From a virus (taxonomy: Duplodnaviria > Caudoviricetes): 64,000 bases of DNA. Below the pieces are notes generated by a model. The model saw nothing but the letters and a program-made list of their open reading frames with translations. It was not told the DNA's origin and did not search any database. Location: positions 17,698 to 81,697 of IMG/VR virus record IMGVR_UViG_3300037067_026376. One strand, 5' to 3'. Positions 53,514 through 63,978 of this stretch are shown one piece after another (position 1 is the first letter of the stretch; every line of letters starts with the position of its first letter). Both the position numbers and the translations under genes were made by a program.

Positions 53514-54002
53514 ATGAGTAGAGCTTTAAGTATGAATTTTGAGATTCAAATCGAGCCCGGCAATCCCGCGACTTATATATACCCTTCTTCGATTGGAGAA
53601 TTTAGCGAAGGTGAAGAAGGCAGGATTGATGTCGCAGATGGCGATAGAAAGTATAAAATCCGCGATCAGATATATGACATGGGGGAAGTTCCTTTTACTA
53701 TTCTGTTAAGAAAGGATAGAAGGGAATATAATCTTCTTCAGAACTGGGCTAAGGCGGTGGGAGATGAAGCTGTAAAAGCCAGTGTCTACATCGTTGGCAG
53801 AGGCGCCGGTAAAGATGACATGTCTCCCGCGGATGACGGTTTGAATACCGGTTCCAATAGAGAAGAAGTATTTGTCTTTGAACTAAGTAATTGTGAATGC
53901 GCTATAGGCAAAAAAAGTGCGTTCGACAGACAGTCAAAGACATTTGATAGTAAAAATTATGTCTTGATTCCTACCGAGATCGAAGACATATCTGAGCAAT
54001 AA
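53514..54002 (+). CDS. tail tube protein
   Basis: 162 aa, directly after the sheath. Confidence 0.65.
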   Translation: MSRALSMNFEIQIEPGNPATYIYPSSIGEFSEGEEGRIDVADGDRKYKIRDQIYDMGEVPFTILLRKDRREYNLLQNWAKAVGDEAVKASVYIVGRGAGKDDMSPADDGLNTGSNREEVFVFELSNCECAIGKKSAFDRQSKTFDSKNYVLIPTEIEDISEQ

Positions 54003-54039
54003 AAAATGAGAGAGTCAAAATAAAAAAAAGGGAGAGTAT

Positions 54040-54927
54040 ATGTCAAAATTTAAGCTTTATCTTGGAATACAAAAAGAGGGTAAATGGTATAATTACTCCG
54101 AGATACATCCGATTAAAGGCAGTTCCTTGAGCATCTATGATACTGGAGATAAAACAGGAGCTGCCAGATTTCTGAAGCTGATTAAAGGGTCTATGGATAC
54201 TGTTTATACCGAATCCGGAGAATCTTATGATCTCAGAGATGAAGATTATCTTAATATTTATTCTGAAGATGCGTGGAAAATAGGGTACGAGGCGATCAAG
54301 GTCCGAACCGGTAATCCCTACCCTATAATACCTGAGAATTTTTTCTGTAACGTATGCAGCAGAGCAAACGAAGAAAGGTACACACCTGTGAATGAGAGTT
54401 GGCAGAAATTGATTGATGACGGTTTAATTGATGAATATTATGCCGAGGGCCCGGAATGCGAATTTAAGGTTGAATTACCAAATTCTATAATTGTCGATCC
54501 GAGTCGTACTATTATTGGAGGAGAATTCAAGGAAATCATTATGAAGCCTATCACATTGAGGCAAATGATGGAGATTCATAAAAATCCTGTTGCGATAAAT
54601 ACTGAAGCTAATATGGTATTCGCGACATGGGATATGATGATTACTAAGGTTCCGGGGCTGTCAGAAAAGGATTTGAATATCTTGAAACGTACACCGGAAT
54701 CTTTTTTTACTAAAAAGTATGTTATTGATGATGATAATTTTAACGCGATTCTTAAAGCAATTGCTGAAAATAGTTATGGCGTAGACGCCAGCGACAGGAA
54801 AGTTTATTGCAGATACTGTGGTAACTCTGTGTTTCGGAATAACGAAGGCAAGGAAATCGGGAGTCTCGATCACACAAATTTTTTTTCACCCTTATTGCCC
54901 AAAACATATTCCCGAAAAGGTGCTTGA
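54040..54927 (+). CDS. tail assembly chaperone/baseplate hub assembly protein
   Basis: Between tube and tape measure; CNVC and CRYCG; ends after a T-run slippery site. Confidence 0.55.
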   Translation: MSKFKLYLGIQKEGKWYNYSEIHPIKGSSLSIYDTGDKTGAARFLKLIKGSMDTVYTESGESYDLRDEDYLNIYSEDAWKIGYEAIKVRTGNPYPIIPENFFCNVCSRANEERYTPVNESWQKLIDDGLIDEYYAEGPECEFKVELPNSIIVDPSRTIIGGEFKEIIMKPITLRQMMEIHKNPVAINTEANMVFATWDMMITKVPGLSEKDLNILKRTPESFFTKKYVIDDDNFNAILKAIAENSYGVDASDRKVYCRYCGNSVFRNNEGKEIGSLDHTNFFSPLLPKTYSRKGA

Positions 54928-55208
54928 CCGAATCAGAAATATTATGGTATCCTAGCATAGGTAATGAGGGTTATCCATATTCCCCATGGGATATGAAGAA
55001 ATGGGAGATGACATGGGACATTACTCTTGGATTGATAGAGGAGTATTATGAAAATGTTTGTTCTTATCTGAGGCAGGTTTATAAATGGCCGGTTTCCGAG
55101 ATGGATAACTTATCATTGTCTCGGTTATTAAAAATATATGAAGAGGCAGTGGAAGAAAATGAGAAAAACCGGCCTCGAAACGGTTTGTCAGATTTGATAG
55201 GAGGATAA
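54924..55208 (+). CDS. tail chaperone downstream frame (GT-like)
   Basis: -1 frame relative to the upstream ORF; YLRQVYKWPVSEMDNLSLSR pattern. Confidence 0.55.
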   Translation: MTESEILWYPSIGNEGYPYSPWDMKKWEMTWDITLGLIEEYYENVCSYLRQVYKWPVSEMDNLSLSRLLKIYEEAVEENEKNRPRNGLSDLIGG

Positions 55209-55329
55209 GACTACGAATATAATTTCAGGGCTTGGAACGGCAGCGAAACAACTTGTAGTTAAATTTGTATCTGATACTGCTCAAGGTACAAGAGCTGCTG
55301 ATGCTTATTTTGCGCGAATCAAAAGAGGA

Positions 55330-57195
55330 ATGGCTTCCATATCTGCTACTGGGGGCAGAACAAGAATGATCACTTCTCCTTTTTATGAATTAGGTATGCC
55401 TGCTGCTTATGGCAAGCCTTCTACTTCCGGAGCAGGAGGAGCATCAAAGACCACGAAAGTTTTAAAAGACGCCGATAACGCAACTCAGGGTTTAAATAAT
55501 ACTTTAAGACGAACTATATTCGGCGCTACCCGTGCCAAAACTGCATTTAGCGCGCTTGGAGGTATATTACAGGCCATTCCTACCTGGGCAAAGGCAGGTG
55601 TGGCCGGATTATTTCTGTTCCGGGAAGCATTTAAACATGGCATGATGGTGGAGAGTTCCAAAATAATAATGGAAACTCTTACCGGAAGTATGTCTTTGGC
55701 TTCTGACCTTATAACTCAGGCCAGAAAGTATTCAGTCAGAACTCTATTTAACCCGGAAGAAGTATTAGGTGCAACTACAACTGCAATTCAGAGGGGGATA
55801 AATCCTTATAAGCGAGGAGCTTACGGCCTAAGAAAAGATCAAAACGCAATGGATATCTTTGCCGGTTTAGGTTCAATGACAAATCCATTGACGGGCCAGG
55901 TGTTGGGAGTAAACAGAATGACGGAGGCCATTCTCAGGGGTGATTACCGGCTATTACGTCCTGTTCGCGGTATCATAGACCCAGCCTATAATAAGGCCAA
56001 GGCCAGTGGTTATCAGGTAGGTACTCCAGGGTTTAATGTGAAATTTATTGAAGAATTAGGTAAAATACCTGCCATTATGGAACTGGCCAAGAGACAGTCT
56101 GAATCTATTCAGGGGTTATGGTCTACTATTTCCGGGTTATGGCAGGAGTTCTGGATGGATTTTACCGGAGCTCAACATCAGGAAGGAGTAGTGACTTTTT
56201 GGTCGCAGATAAGAGATATCATGCTGGATATAAGGGCCAATTTACTTCCCGCTTACGAGAAGATGCAGCCCGTAATAATGGAATTTGGACATGCCGTAGG
56301 ATCTGTCATCAAGCTTATATATACTGTTGGAAAACAATTATTACCGGCTTTGGCTTTCGGGGGGTTATTAAAGTTAGCTCCTATTTTATTGAAAGTGGGA
56401 ATAGCTGTTTTTAAAATGATTCCTATATTTAGAATCCTAAAATTGGTAGTTTTATCTCAGTTTTTGAAACCATTTATGCCTTTACTGTTACAGGTTGCAG
56501 GCGTATTAAATCAGATAGGCATATTTATTAATAATACTTTGATCCGCGCATTTCAATTTTTGGCTAAAATAGCTGATTCTTTCCTGAAAATATTTTTCGG
56601 ATCGTCTATTGATAAATCAATGAAAAAACTTTCCGAGTTCATAACTGGATTGCAGATATATATACAATTCTGGGGAATATATATCGATGCCGTATTCGAT
56701 AAATTGGAGAAAAGAATTGATAAATTTTTTAAATCGATTAATTTAACGGGAAATCCGGCAATAAGAAAATTAATAAATTTGTTCCTGCCGGATAAGGAGA
56801 AAATTTCCGAACCTGTAACGGGCGTTGTGTCTCCGATGTTTAAACCTACCGCAGGCCAAGGCGGAGTAACAAACACGATTAATAGGGCTTTTGGACACGA
56901 GAAAGATCTCTGGAGTAGAGAACAAAAGATAGATTATTTGAGAAGGGCAGTAGCCGCTCGCGGGATGTCTCCGTGGGATGTCTCTGATGTTGAACTTAAT
57001 TCTATCGTTGATAAGATGGATGAAAAGATAAATGAACGAGGAGTTATGGCCCCGACAACAGAATTTGTGAATACTCTTAATAAGCTAATGTTGGAAGAGT
57101 TAAAGAAGATAAACTCAAAATTGAATGAGGTTAAACCTAAACCTAGTAGCTCGAAATCTAATTTACTGAATACTGCGGGGGAGGCAAGACAATAA
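55330..57195 (+). CDS. tape measure protein (probably extends upstream to ~55213)
   Basis: Large Ala/Gly-rich and amphipathic protein after the chaperones; TPF-like TLFNPEEV motif. Confidence 0.8.
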   Translation: MASISATGGRTRMITSPFYELGMPAAYGKPSTSGAGGASKTTKVLKDADNATQGLNNTLRRTIFGATRAKTAFSALGGILQAIPTWAKAGVAGLFLFREAFKHGMMVESSKIIMETLTGSMSLASDLITQARKYSVRTLFNPEEVLGATTTAIQRGINPYKRGAYGLRKDQNAMDIFAGLGSMTNPLTGQVLGVNRMTEAILRGDYRLLRPVRGIIDPAYNKAKASGYQVGTPGFNVKFIEELGKIPAIMELAKRQSESIQGLWSTISGLWQEFWMDFTGAQHQEGVVTFWSQIRDIMLDIRANLLPAYEKMQPVIMEFGHAVGSVIKLIYTVGKQLLPALAFGGLLKLAPILLKVGIAVFKMIPIFRILKLVVLSQFLKPFMPLLLQVAGVLNQIGIFINNTLIRAFQFLAKIADSFLKIFFGSSIDKSMKKLSEFITGLQIYIQFWGIYIDAVFDKLEKRIDKFFKSINLTGNPAIRKLINLFLPDKEKISEPVTGVVSPMFKPTAGQGGVTNTINRAFGHEKDLWSREQKIDYLRRAVAARGMSPWDVSDVELNSIVDKMDEKINERGVMAPTTEFVNTLNKLMLEELKKINSKLNEVKPKPSSSKSNLLNTAGEARQ

Positions 57196-57196
57196 T

Positions 57197-57847
57197 ATGG
57201 CATTCAGCAGGGGCCACGGAATTTTAATTAACTACAGCTCGTATTCTGCTTTTGTTTTTCAATTTAATCCGGAGAAGATAGAACATGAGAAGAAGATTAA
57301 TTACGCCATAGCGCCAAATATAGGCGGAGCTTATAAGCGTAGATATTTCTCTGGTTTTGATTCGAAGGAAGTGAATTTCAAGATAATGTGCGTAGATATG
57401 GATTCTCCTCTCGGAGTAACGGAGGAAGTGGCATTTTTTGAACAATTACGCGAACCTGACCCTGGGATAACCGGGGGTTGGGGATTAAGTTATGGTAATG
57501 TAAATTACCCTCCGCCGCAGGTAATATTTCAGTTCGGGGTATCATTACTACCTCTGGTGTGGGATGTTTTAGACGTTAAAATATCAGAGGACCATTTTCA
57601 TTCGGACTTAGTGAGAGGAGTTTTGGGGATTCCGAAAAAATGTGATATTGAAATTTCTTTATCTCTTGACGAAGATAACGCCTTAAACAAAGCGAATCAG
57701 GTAGCTAAAAAAGCTGCAACTTATGTGGCTTCTGCTAAGAGCGCGTTAAGAGAGTTTTATCACTGGCGGGATGGCGCGAGGAAGGAAAAAATGGGACCGT
57801 TATCTATCGGAGGGAAAAGCATTAGCGGACTAAGAGGAACAAGATAA
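57197..57847 (+). CDS. tail tube initiator/baseplate protein
   Basis: FQFNPEKI...PPPQVIFQFG motifs. Confidence 0.65.
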   Translation: MAFSRGHGILINYSSYSAFVFQFNPEKIEHEKKINYAIAPNIGGAYKRRYFSGFDSKEVNFKIMCVDMDSPLGVTEEVAFFEQLREPDPGITGGWGLSYGNVNYPPPQVIFQFGVSLLPLVWDVLDVKISEDHFHSDLVRGVLGIPKKCDIEISLSLDEDNALNKANQVAKKAATYVASAKSALREFYHWRDGARKEKMGPLSIGGKSISGLRGTR

Positions 57848-57848
57848 T

Positions 57849-58121
57849 ATGTTAAGATGGGATGACGTTGAGGAACAAGAATTATTTGACATGACGGTAA
57901 AGATGTACCGTGAGCCTTTTCATGCCGCAAAAAAAACAAAAGCAATTCATGTCGGGTTGGAGCTTGATCATTATGCATATTTATATCTTGGCAGCGAATT
58001 ATTTATGTATAGAATTATGGATGTGAATTGGGAAAGTTTCATGGAGGAGCGCGGAGATATGTCTAGGGTAAAAGAGATATATATTCCCCAGGAAGAAGAT
58101 ACTACGGTTTCGGTATTATAA
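57849..58121 (+). CDS. tail X/LysM-like baseplate protein
   Basis: LDHYAYLYLG...YRIMDVN...IYIP. Confidence 0.55.
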   Translation: MLRWDDVEEQELFDMTVKMYREPFHAAKKTKAIHVGLELDHYAYLYLGSELFMYRIMDVNWESFMEERGDMSRVKEIYIPQEEDTTVSVL

Positions 58122-59360
58122 ATGGCGATAATGAATCTGTCATCAAGAATAATTTTCTGGAAGATAAAACTTAACGATAAAGATTTAACGGTTATGTTTC
58201 GGGATTATATTGAATCCATTACAATTAAAAGGACCACTCTTCCTAAACCTAAAAATAGTGAATCCGGAAGTTACCCCTCCGAGGCTACAATTACAGTTGT
58301 ATCAAAAAGTTATCTCGAAAATCTTTTTCAGGAAGGGACTACGATAAAGATATATATGGGATATGACAGGATATTAACTGATAAATCTATGGTGTTTAGC
58401 GGTGTCATCGTTCATTTGCCCGATGGAGACGCAGAGGAGATGATTAAATATACGGTAAAAGCTTATGGAGGAGAAATTGAGTGGAGTTACGCGGAAAAGA
58501 GCGGAACTCTCACGGGGAAAACACAAAAGGAAATAATAGAATCGATAGTTGCTGATTATGATCTTGCGAAAGTGATAGACATTCCGAAAAATGTGATTCC
58601 TCGCGCAGAATATTCCGTAGTAAGAGAGAAAAAGACGGATTTGGAAATGTTAAATATGTTTGCTCATGATTGGGGGTGCAAGATGTGGCTTGATCTTCCT
58701 AATAAATTTTATTTCGTAGACACCGATAAAGTGGGAACATATAAATCTATATATAAACTTGGGTATAGAACGGATAGAGTTGAATGTAACGTAGAGAGCG
58801 TATCATGGAAACATGAGCCTGCAAGAGTAGCTTTGATTGATAATGAAGGCGGAATAGTAGGGTTTGGGCAGTTAGGAGAGATAAAAAACGTAGAAAATTA
58901 TAAATTATACGTTCAGGGCAAAACTTTTCAGGTTCGTCCTGAAGTTTTAGCGGATATAGCGAAGGCTCCTGATAAGGGTGTAAAATTAAGGGAAATCTTG
59001 GCTGATGTCGCGCAGAGTACATTAAATTGGAATGCTTATCACGCTCTTCATAAATATTATAAAGTTGTAAACAGTAATGATTCAACGATGAAGATGCCCG
59101 CAGATGATAACTCAGGTATGGAGATAACGGTGAAGCTTAATAATGGAAACCCGGATCTTACACCCCCGAGACAGGCAGTATTAACTCATGGCAGCTTGAA
59201 TCCTAGGGCGGATTCTTCTCATCTCCCTTCGTTTCTTAATAGATGGAGCGGAATAAAAGCAGGTTTCATTACTTTGAATATTAATGAAACAGTATTATCT
59301 TATAGTCAAGGGAAATTAGATTCTGAATTAATTTGTAGCATAGGGAATATAACAACGTAA
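58122..59360 (+). CDS. baseplate hub (gp27/gpD-like)
   Basis: IYMGY...FSGVI, TDLEML..FA.DWG. Confidence 0.65.
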   Translation: MAIMNLSSRIIFWKIKLNDKDLTVMFRDYIESITIKRTTLPKPKNSESGSYPSEATITVVSKSYLENLFQEGTTIKIYMGYDRILTDKSMVFSGVIVHLPDGDAEEMIKYTVKAYGGEIEWSYAEKSGTLTGKTQKEIIESIVADYDLAKVIDIPKNVIPRAEYSVVREKKTDLEMLNMFAHDWGCKMWLDLPNKFYFVDTDKVGTYKSIYKLGYRTDRVECNVESVSWKHEPARVALIDNEGGIVGFGQLGEIKNVENYKLYVQGKTFQVRPEVLADIAKAPDKGVKLREILADVAQSTLNWNAYHALHKYYKVVNSNDSTMKMPADDNSGMEITVKLNNGNPDLTPPRQAVLTHGSLNPRADSSHLPSFLNRWSGIKAGFITLNINETVLSYSQGKLDSELICSIGNITT

Positions 59361-59962
59361 TGGCAAAATATCCGAAACTTATAGGCAAGGTAAAAATAAG
59401 CAGCCCCGCTGAGGTACAGAGTAAATGTTCCGATTTGGGCATAAATTATTTTAATGGAATGATATTTTGTACTATTCCGGAGATGGGGTTTCCTGATAGT
59501 GATTTCCTGCCCTGTCGTTACGGTTTAGCTCTTCCATATCTCAGAGTCCAGGTAGGATGGGAGGTGCTTGTAGAACCTACGATTATTGAGGATTCCGGGT
59601 TAAGAAAGAGATGGTTTTATACCGGTATAGCGGATTGCGGAGGGAACGAAAGTCAGATAACTCCCGACGATAAGATGCAGATGATAATTCAGTTAGTTTC
59701 TCAGGTGATATACGCAGATGGAACGACATTACATTTATCCTCTCAGGCAGCAGATGAACCATTTGTTTTAGGGAATAAATTGATGAGTTGGATTACAGAG
59801 TTTGTAGAAACTACATTTGCTGATCATACACATGGATGGTCGGGTAGTGGAAGTGGAATAACTGCAAAACCCGGGATAGCGGGAGCAGGGGCAATGTTAT
59901 CCCCTGTTCCCCCAGTTACTGCTCCGGATGATATCTTATCGGAAAAAATATTCGGAGAATAG
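59360..59962 (+). CDS. baseplate central spike (gpV/gp5-like)
   Basis: OB-like N-terminus (G.EVLV), EPFVLGNKL, C-terminal HTHG. Confidence 0.6.
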   Translation: MAKYPKLIGKVKISSPAEVQSKCSDLGINYFNGMIFCTIPEMGFPDSDFLPCRYGLALPYLRVQVGWEVLVEPTIIEDSGLRKRWFYTGIADCGGNESQITPDDKMQMIIQLVSQVIYADGTTLHLSSQAADEPFVLGNKLMSWITEFVETTFADHTHGWSGSGSGITAKPGIAGAGAMLSPVPPVTAPDDILSEKIFGE

Positions 59963-59964
59963 TA

Positions 59965-60354
59965 ATGGCTACTGATATCGGAATGTATATCGCGAATTTA
60001 GGATTTCTTCTTGAATACGGCGATGGCACGACAAATGATGAAATTGAATCTGAAATATATAAAGTCGCTTTTCAGGATAAGGAAACTGTACATTACGACA
60101 GGCAAATAGGCGGGAACTTCAAAGATTTAGAACAGGAGAAAACTAATATTGTCGCGATATTGAAATTTATCGCAAATTTAGTGACTTCGGTATATTATGT
60201 GAATATGGAGAAGAATAATGAGCCTTATATTGTGGTTGGAGCTGATGATATTAAAACCGAAGAAGAAATAGTAGATGGCGGTGGGAAATACATTGTTCAG
60301 GTAGGATATAGATTGCTTCAGGATTTAAGTAAGGAAGGAACAATAAAATTATGA
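59965..60354 (+). CDS. baseplate wedge/sheath initiator (gp25-like)
   Basis: Size and position. Confidence 0.5.
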   Translation: MATDIGMYIANLGFLLEYGDGTTNDEIESEIYKVAFQDKETVHYDRQIGGNFKDLEQEKTNIVAILKFIANLVTSVYYVNMEKNNEPYIVVGADDIKTEEEIVDGGGKYIVQVGYRLLQDLSKEGTIKL

Positions 60355-61856
60355 TAAATAACATTTTCAAACATACCTCGCGTTCATATTATGACGCCTA
60401 TAACGCTTTTATAGCTGCGTATCCGAATAAACCGACATGGCTTTTTAAGGAAAATTCAGGATTGCTTGATTTTATATCGGAACTTATAAACAGGGTGGCT
60501 ACCGATATTCTTTATCCAAGCACAAGAGAAGCTGCTTATGGATTTGCGCATACCTGCGACTACGAACCTATAGAAGCAGATGGGGCTACGACTACATTGA
60601 CGATAACTCTTTCAACTGCTATGCCGAAAACATTAGCAATAGGGTATCAGGTAGGTGGGGTATCTACGGCTACAGGTCAAAACATAGTATATGAATTGAC
60701 TGCGGTAGGTAATAGCGGAGGAACGGCAACGATAACAGTTGCGGCGAAACAAAAGAGAACTTACACAAATATAGCAATTGGTACGATAGATTCTGATAAA
60801 GATTTTGCAGATTTTCCCATAGATGGATATTTAAAAATAATAAAGAGCAGTATCTATCTTACGATTGAAGGTCAAGACTGGGTAAGAGTGGATAATTTTG
60901 ATGATTCCGATGCTGACGACAGGCATTTTACTCTTATCTACCAGTCTTCAGGCAAATGCAGATATGGATTTGGTGATGGCGTGAATGGGTTAAAGCCGCC
61001 ACTTAATTCTACAGTATATGGTACGTTTGAGGTGACAAATGGTTTAACGGGGAAAGCAGCAGCAGGAGAGATAACTGAAAATTTAGGGCAGGATAATGAT
61101 ATTATTGCGATAACAAATACAGAAAGTGCAGGGGGTAATGACGCGGAGAGTATATCTTCCATTATAAGAAATTCCAGAGGAAATGTCAGGCTCAGAGATG
61201 CGGTATGGTCACAGGAAGATCTTGAAAGCGCGGCCAGAATGGCATCTGCGGATGTTGTGAAAGCGTTGGGCCAGCCTAATACTCCGGATGTAGGATCAGC
61301 TACTGTTATTATTGTGCCTGAAGGAGGAGGTGTACCTGGCGCGCCGTTAAAAGTTATTGTTGACGCCTATGTTACAGCTCTTACCATATTTGGGGTCATG
61401 CCCATTACAGTAAGTGATCCTACTTACGTGCCTCAGAATATAAATGCATCTTTCACCTGCAGAGAAGGTTTTGACGAAGATACAGTTCAAAACCTTCTTG
61501 AATTCGCAATGACTATGATTACATGTTCTTTTGATAATCAGATCCTGGAATATTATGATGATAATGGGATTGACATGACCCGGGTTAATTTAATCAATGT
61601 ATTGTGGTCATGGGCGTTTACCGAATCAGAAAATGACGCCTTAGAATTCATTCTGGATAAATGGAAGGAACTTTTAGGATCGAGAGAATACCGGGAATTT
61701 GGGATGTCGTTTGAGTTGGGTCAGGCATGGATAATGGGGGAATCCTTATATCAGTTCGGTGTTGATGTCTTTGATATTATCTCTCCGATAACTAATACTA
61801 CTATTGCCGCAGATGAAATAATATCAACAGGGACAATTATAATAACAAATAGCTAA
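60351..61856 (+). CDS. baseplate wedge protein (gp6/J-like)
   Basis: RYGFGDGVNGLKPP, GGNDAESI..I..N, WSQEDLE. Confidence 0.8.
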   Translation: MINNIFKHTSRSYYDAYNAFIAAYPNKPTWLFKENSGLLDFISELINRVATDILYPSTREAAYGFAHTCDYEPIEADGATTTLTITLSTAMPKTLAIGYQVGGVSTATGQNIVYELTAVGNSGGTATITVAAKQKRTYTNIAIGTIDSDKDFADFPIDGYLKIIKSSIYLTIEGQDWVRVDNFDDSDADDRHFTLIYQSSGKCRYGFGDGVNGLKPPLNSTVYGTFEVTNGLTGKAAAGEITENLGQDNDIIAITNTESAGGNDAESISSIIRNSRGNVRLRDAVWSQEDLESAARMASADVVKALGQPNTPDVGSATVIIVPEGGGVPGAPLKVIVDAYVTALTIFGVMPITVSDPTYVPQNINASFTCREGFDEDTVQNLLEFAMTMITCSFDNQILEYYDDNGIDMTRVNLINVLWSWAFTESENDALEFILDKWKELLGSREYREFGMSFELGQAWIMGESLYQFGVDVFDIISPITNTTIAADEIISTGTIIITNS

Positions 61857-61860
61857 TATT

Positions 61861-62424
61861 ATGAATAATTATTTCGACTATAAAATTCCCACATTTTTGT
61901 TAGAAAACGGGTCTGATTGGAAATATTTTAAAGATATAATGGAAGAATATGTAGATACTCTTTTTGCAAAAGTGATGGAAATGTACTGGTTCAGGCAGCC
62001 TGATAAGATACCTTTGATCGCGTTAGAGAAAAGTTTAAATCTAAGAAACATAAAATTTAATGCGTCTGATTCCGTAAATCTTAAAAGATTTAGATACCGA
62101 AATTTTAATACATCTTTCAAGGGAAAAGCTCTTGTAGATATGTATTTAGATTTAGCTGAGGCTATCACGGGGGTAAGAGGAATAATAGGATACTCCACAG
62201 AGGGCCTGGTATGGGGGACATGGGCATGGTCGCCCGGGGAAAAAAATGAATGGGGAGGGATCACGTCCGCGTCTGTTTATAATATATATTTTAATATAAA
62301 GACCACGGATCCCGCAGAGATAGAGCTTGTCTATAATGCTTTAATGGAAAAAACTTATAGACCCGCATTCTATCAATTGATTCTAATTGACGATGATCAA
62401 AATATACTAAGAGTCGTAGAATAG
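61861..62424 (+). CDS. baseplate wedge/tail protein I-like
   Basis: Follows the J-like gene; FKGK. Confidence 0.55.
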   Translation: MNNYFDYKIPTFLLENGSDWKYFKDIMEEYVDTLFAKVMEMYWFRQPDKIPLIALEKSLNLRNIKFNASDSVNLKRFRYRNFNTSFKGKALVDMYLDLAEAITGVRGIIGYSTEGLVWGTWAWSPGEKNEWGGITSASVYNIYFNIKTTDPAEIELVYNALMEKTYRPAFYQLILIDDDQNILRVVE

Positions 62425-62433
62425 GAGAATGAA

Positions 62434-63762
62434 ATGAGCAATATAAGTAAACATACTAATATTTTCCTCGATGGAGAGGTTCTGGGATATAATCCAGACG
62501 CGAACGGAGATTTTTATAAGATAACTGATTATGGAAGAGATTTCAATTATAGTCAGGAGAAAATGGCGTTTGCAGTACGCGCTCTCATGGGTCAAGCTGA
62601 TAAGAGTTTTGTTATTCTTTATGGCGGAGAAGTCACTGATTCCGGATCAGGCCAGGTAGATATAAGTGAGGGTTTAGCCATAGGCCAGGATAGCGACGGT
62701 AATTGCAGGTTTGTGCCGATACCGGCGCTCACGAATATCCCTATGCCCGCGGGATGGGATGATGGACGGCAGATATGGGTAGTCGGTGAGCATCTATTCA
62801 AGATAAGCACAGACACAAGAGATCATAAACAGACAACGACCTCTTATCATTATACAGTGGAAGATAGTTATCTCGGTGAGACATCAAGCGATGACTTATT
62901 TGTAGATTCAGACCCCGGCGCTACCACTGTGATATGGGATTCCTTTACCATGACAGGCACTACTTTTGCTTCATTGAGAGGTGCGGAAAGATCAGAAGGT
63001 AATTTAAGTTTAAACCAAAAATTAAACATAGGATACAACACATCTGGTCAGGCAATTTTGATGAACACTCAGAATACTGATCTTGTGATCGGGACGAATA
63101 ACACTGCGAGAATATATGTTAAGAATGATGGAAAAGTTGGAATAGGTGTTTCTGCTCCAGCTACTACGTTTGAAATAGGAGGCGGATCGAATACAGAGTT
63201 AATGCGTATTGGTACGGCAGGTTTTTCCGTAAAAGGACTTCAGATTTCCAATTATGCTGTTAGCGGTGTTAATCAAGTTGGATACGATTTCAATACACCA
63301 GGTGCAAGTGGACAGGGAGAAATTTCTTTTTCGGTTTTAGGCACGAAAAGCGTATATGTAAAAAGTACCGGATTCGTCATCACCAACACCACCGAATGCA
63401 CAGGCGCAGGCACAGGGGCTTTGCAGGTGTCAGGGGGAGCGGACTTTGCCAAGCATATAAGGGCGGGGTTGGGAAGAATTCCAGCTGGGTTCATAGAAGA
63501 TACTTCAGTCCAAGCAAATGCTATATTTGATGCATTATCTCCCTTTATTCCAAATCCAACTGATAGTATAATTTTAACCGGGGGGATGGCATTTAGCACA
63601 ACTGCTGTGTTGTATGTAGTAACAAGAGCAGTCAGGGTAAATAGTACTGTTATTCATATTCATGTAGTTGCAATTGATTATGCGGGAACTTCAATCTTCA
63701 CTTCTGCAATTAGTATAATTGATGGAAATGCTACTTTGTTTGATCTGGCTATTGCTTGGTAA
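62434..63762 (+). CDS. tail fibre protein
   Basis: Fibre repeats GTNNTARIYV..GKVGIG..AP; TGALQVSGG. Confidence 0.7.
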   Translation: MSNISKHTNIFLDGEVLGYNPDANGDFYKITDYGRDFNYSQEKMAFAVRALMGQADKSFVILYGGEVTDSGSGQVDISEGLAIGQDSDGNCRFVPIPALTNIPMPAGWDDGRQIWVVGEHLFKISTDTRDHKQTTTSYHYTVEDSYLGETSSDDLFVDSDPGATTVIWDSFTMTGTTFASLRGAERSEGNLSLNQKLNIGYNTSGQAILMNTQNTDLVIGTNNTARIYVKNDGKVGIGVSAPATTFEIGGGSNTELMRIGTAGFSVKGLQISNYAVSGVNQVGYDFNTPGASGQGEISFSVLGTKSVYVKSTGFVITNTTECTGAGTGALQVSGGADFAKHIRAGLGRIPAGFIEDTSVQANAIFDALSPFIPNPTDSIILTGGMAFSTTAVLYVVTRAVRVNSTVIHIHVVAIDYAGTSIFTSAISIIDGNATLFDLAIAW

Positions 63763-63978
63763 TTATCTATATTTTCTAACATTATCATGATAATTAACAG
63801 CCATCCATAATGCTTCCGAGTATGGGATTTTATAAGCAATTTTAATTTCTTCAGGTCTATAATTTACACAATATTGACCTGAAAGATATTTATTATCACA
63901 GTATAAAATTGCATGGGTTGATGATTGTTTTTCTATTATGACTAAACTAATATCTTTGTACTGCATTTCAAAATACAA
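63763..63978 (-). CDS. hypothetical protein (convergent)
   Basis: 71 aa; abuts the fibre stop. Confidence 0.45.
   Translation of the reverse strand: MYFEMQYKDISLVIIEKQSSTHAILYCDNKYLSGQYCVNYRPEEIKIAYKIPYSEALWMAVNYHDNVRKYR

Noticed and set aside
40088-62816. Short minus-strand ORFs antisense to structural genes
   Set aside because: Shadow ORFs (S/F/L-rich) of the plus-strand morphogenesis genes; 40088-40477 also overlaps tRNA-Ser.
62434-63762. Diversity-generating retroelement target in the tail fibre
   Set aside because: No template/variable repeat pair and no reverse transcriptase in the window.
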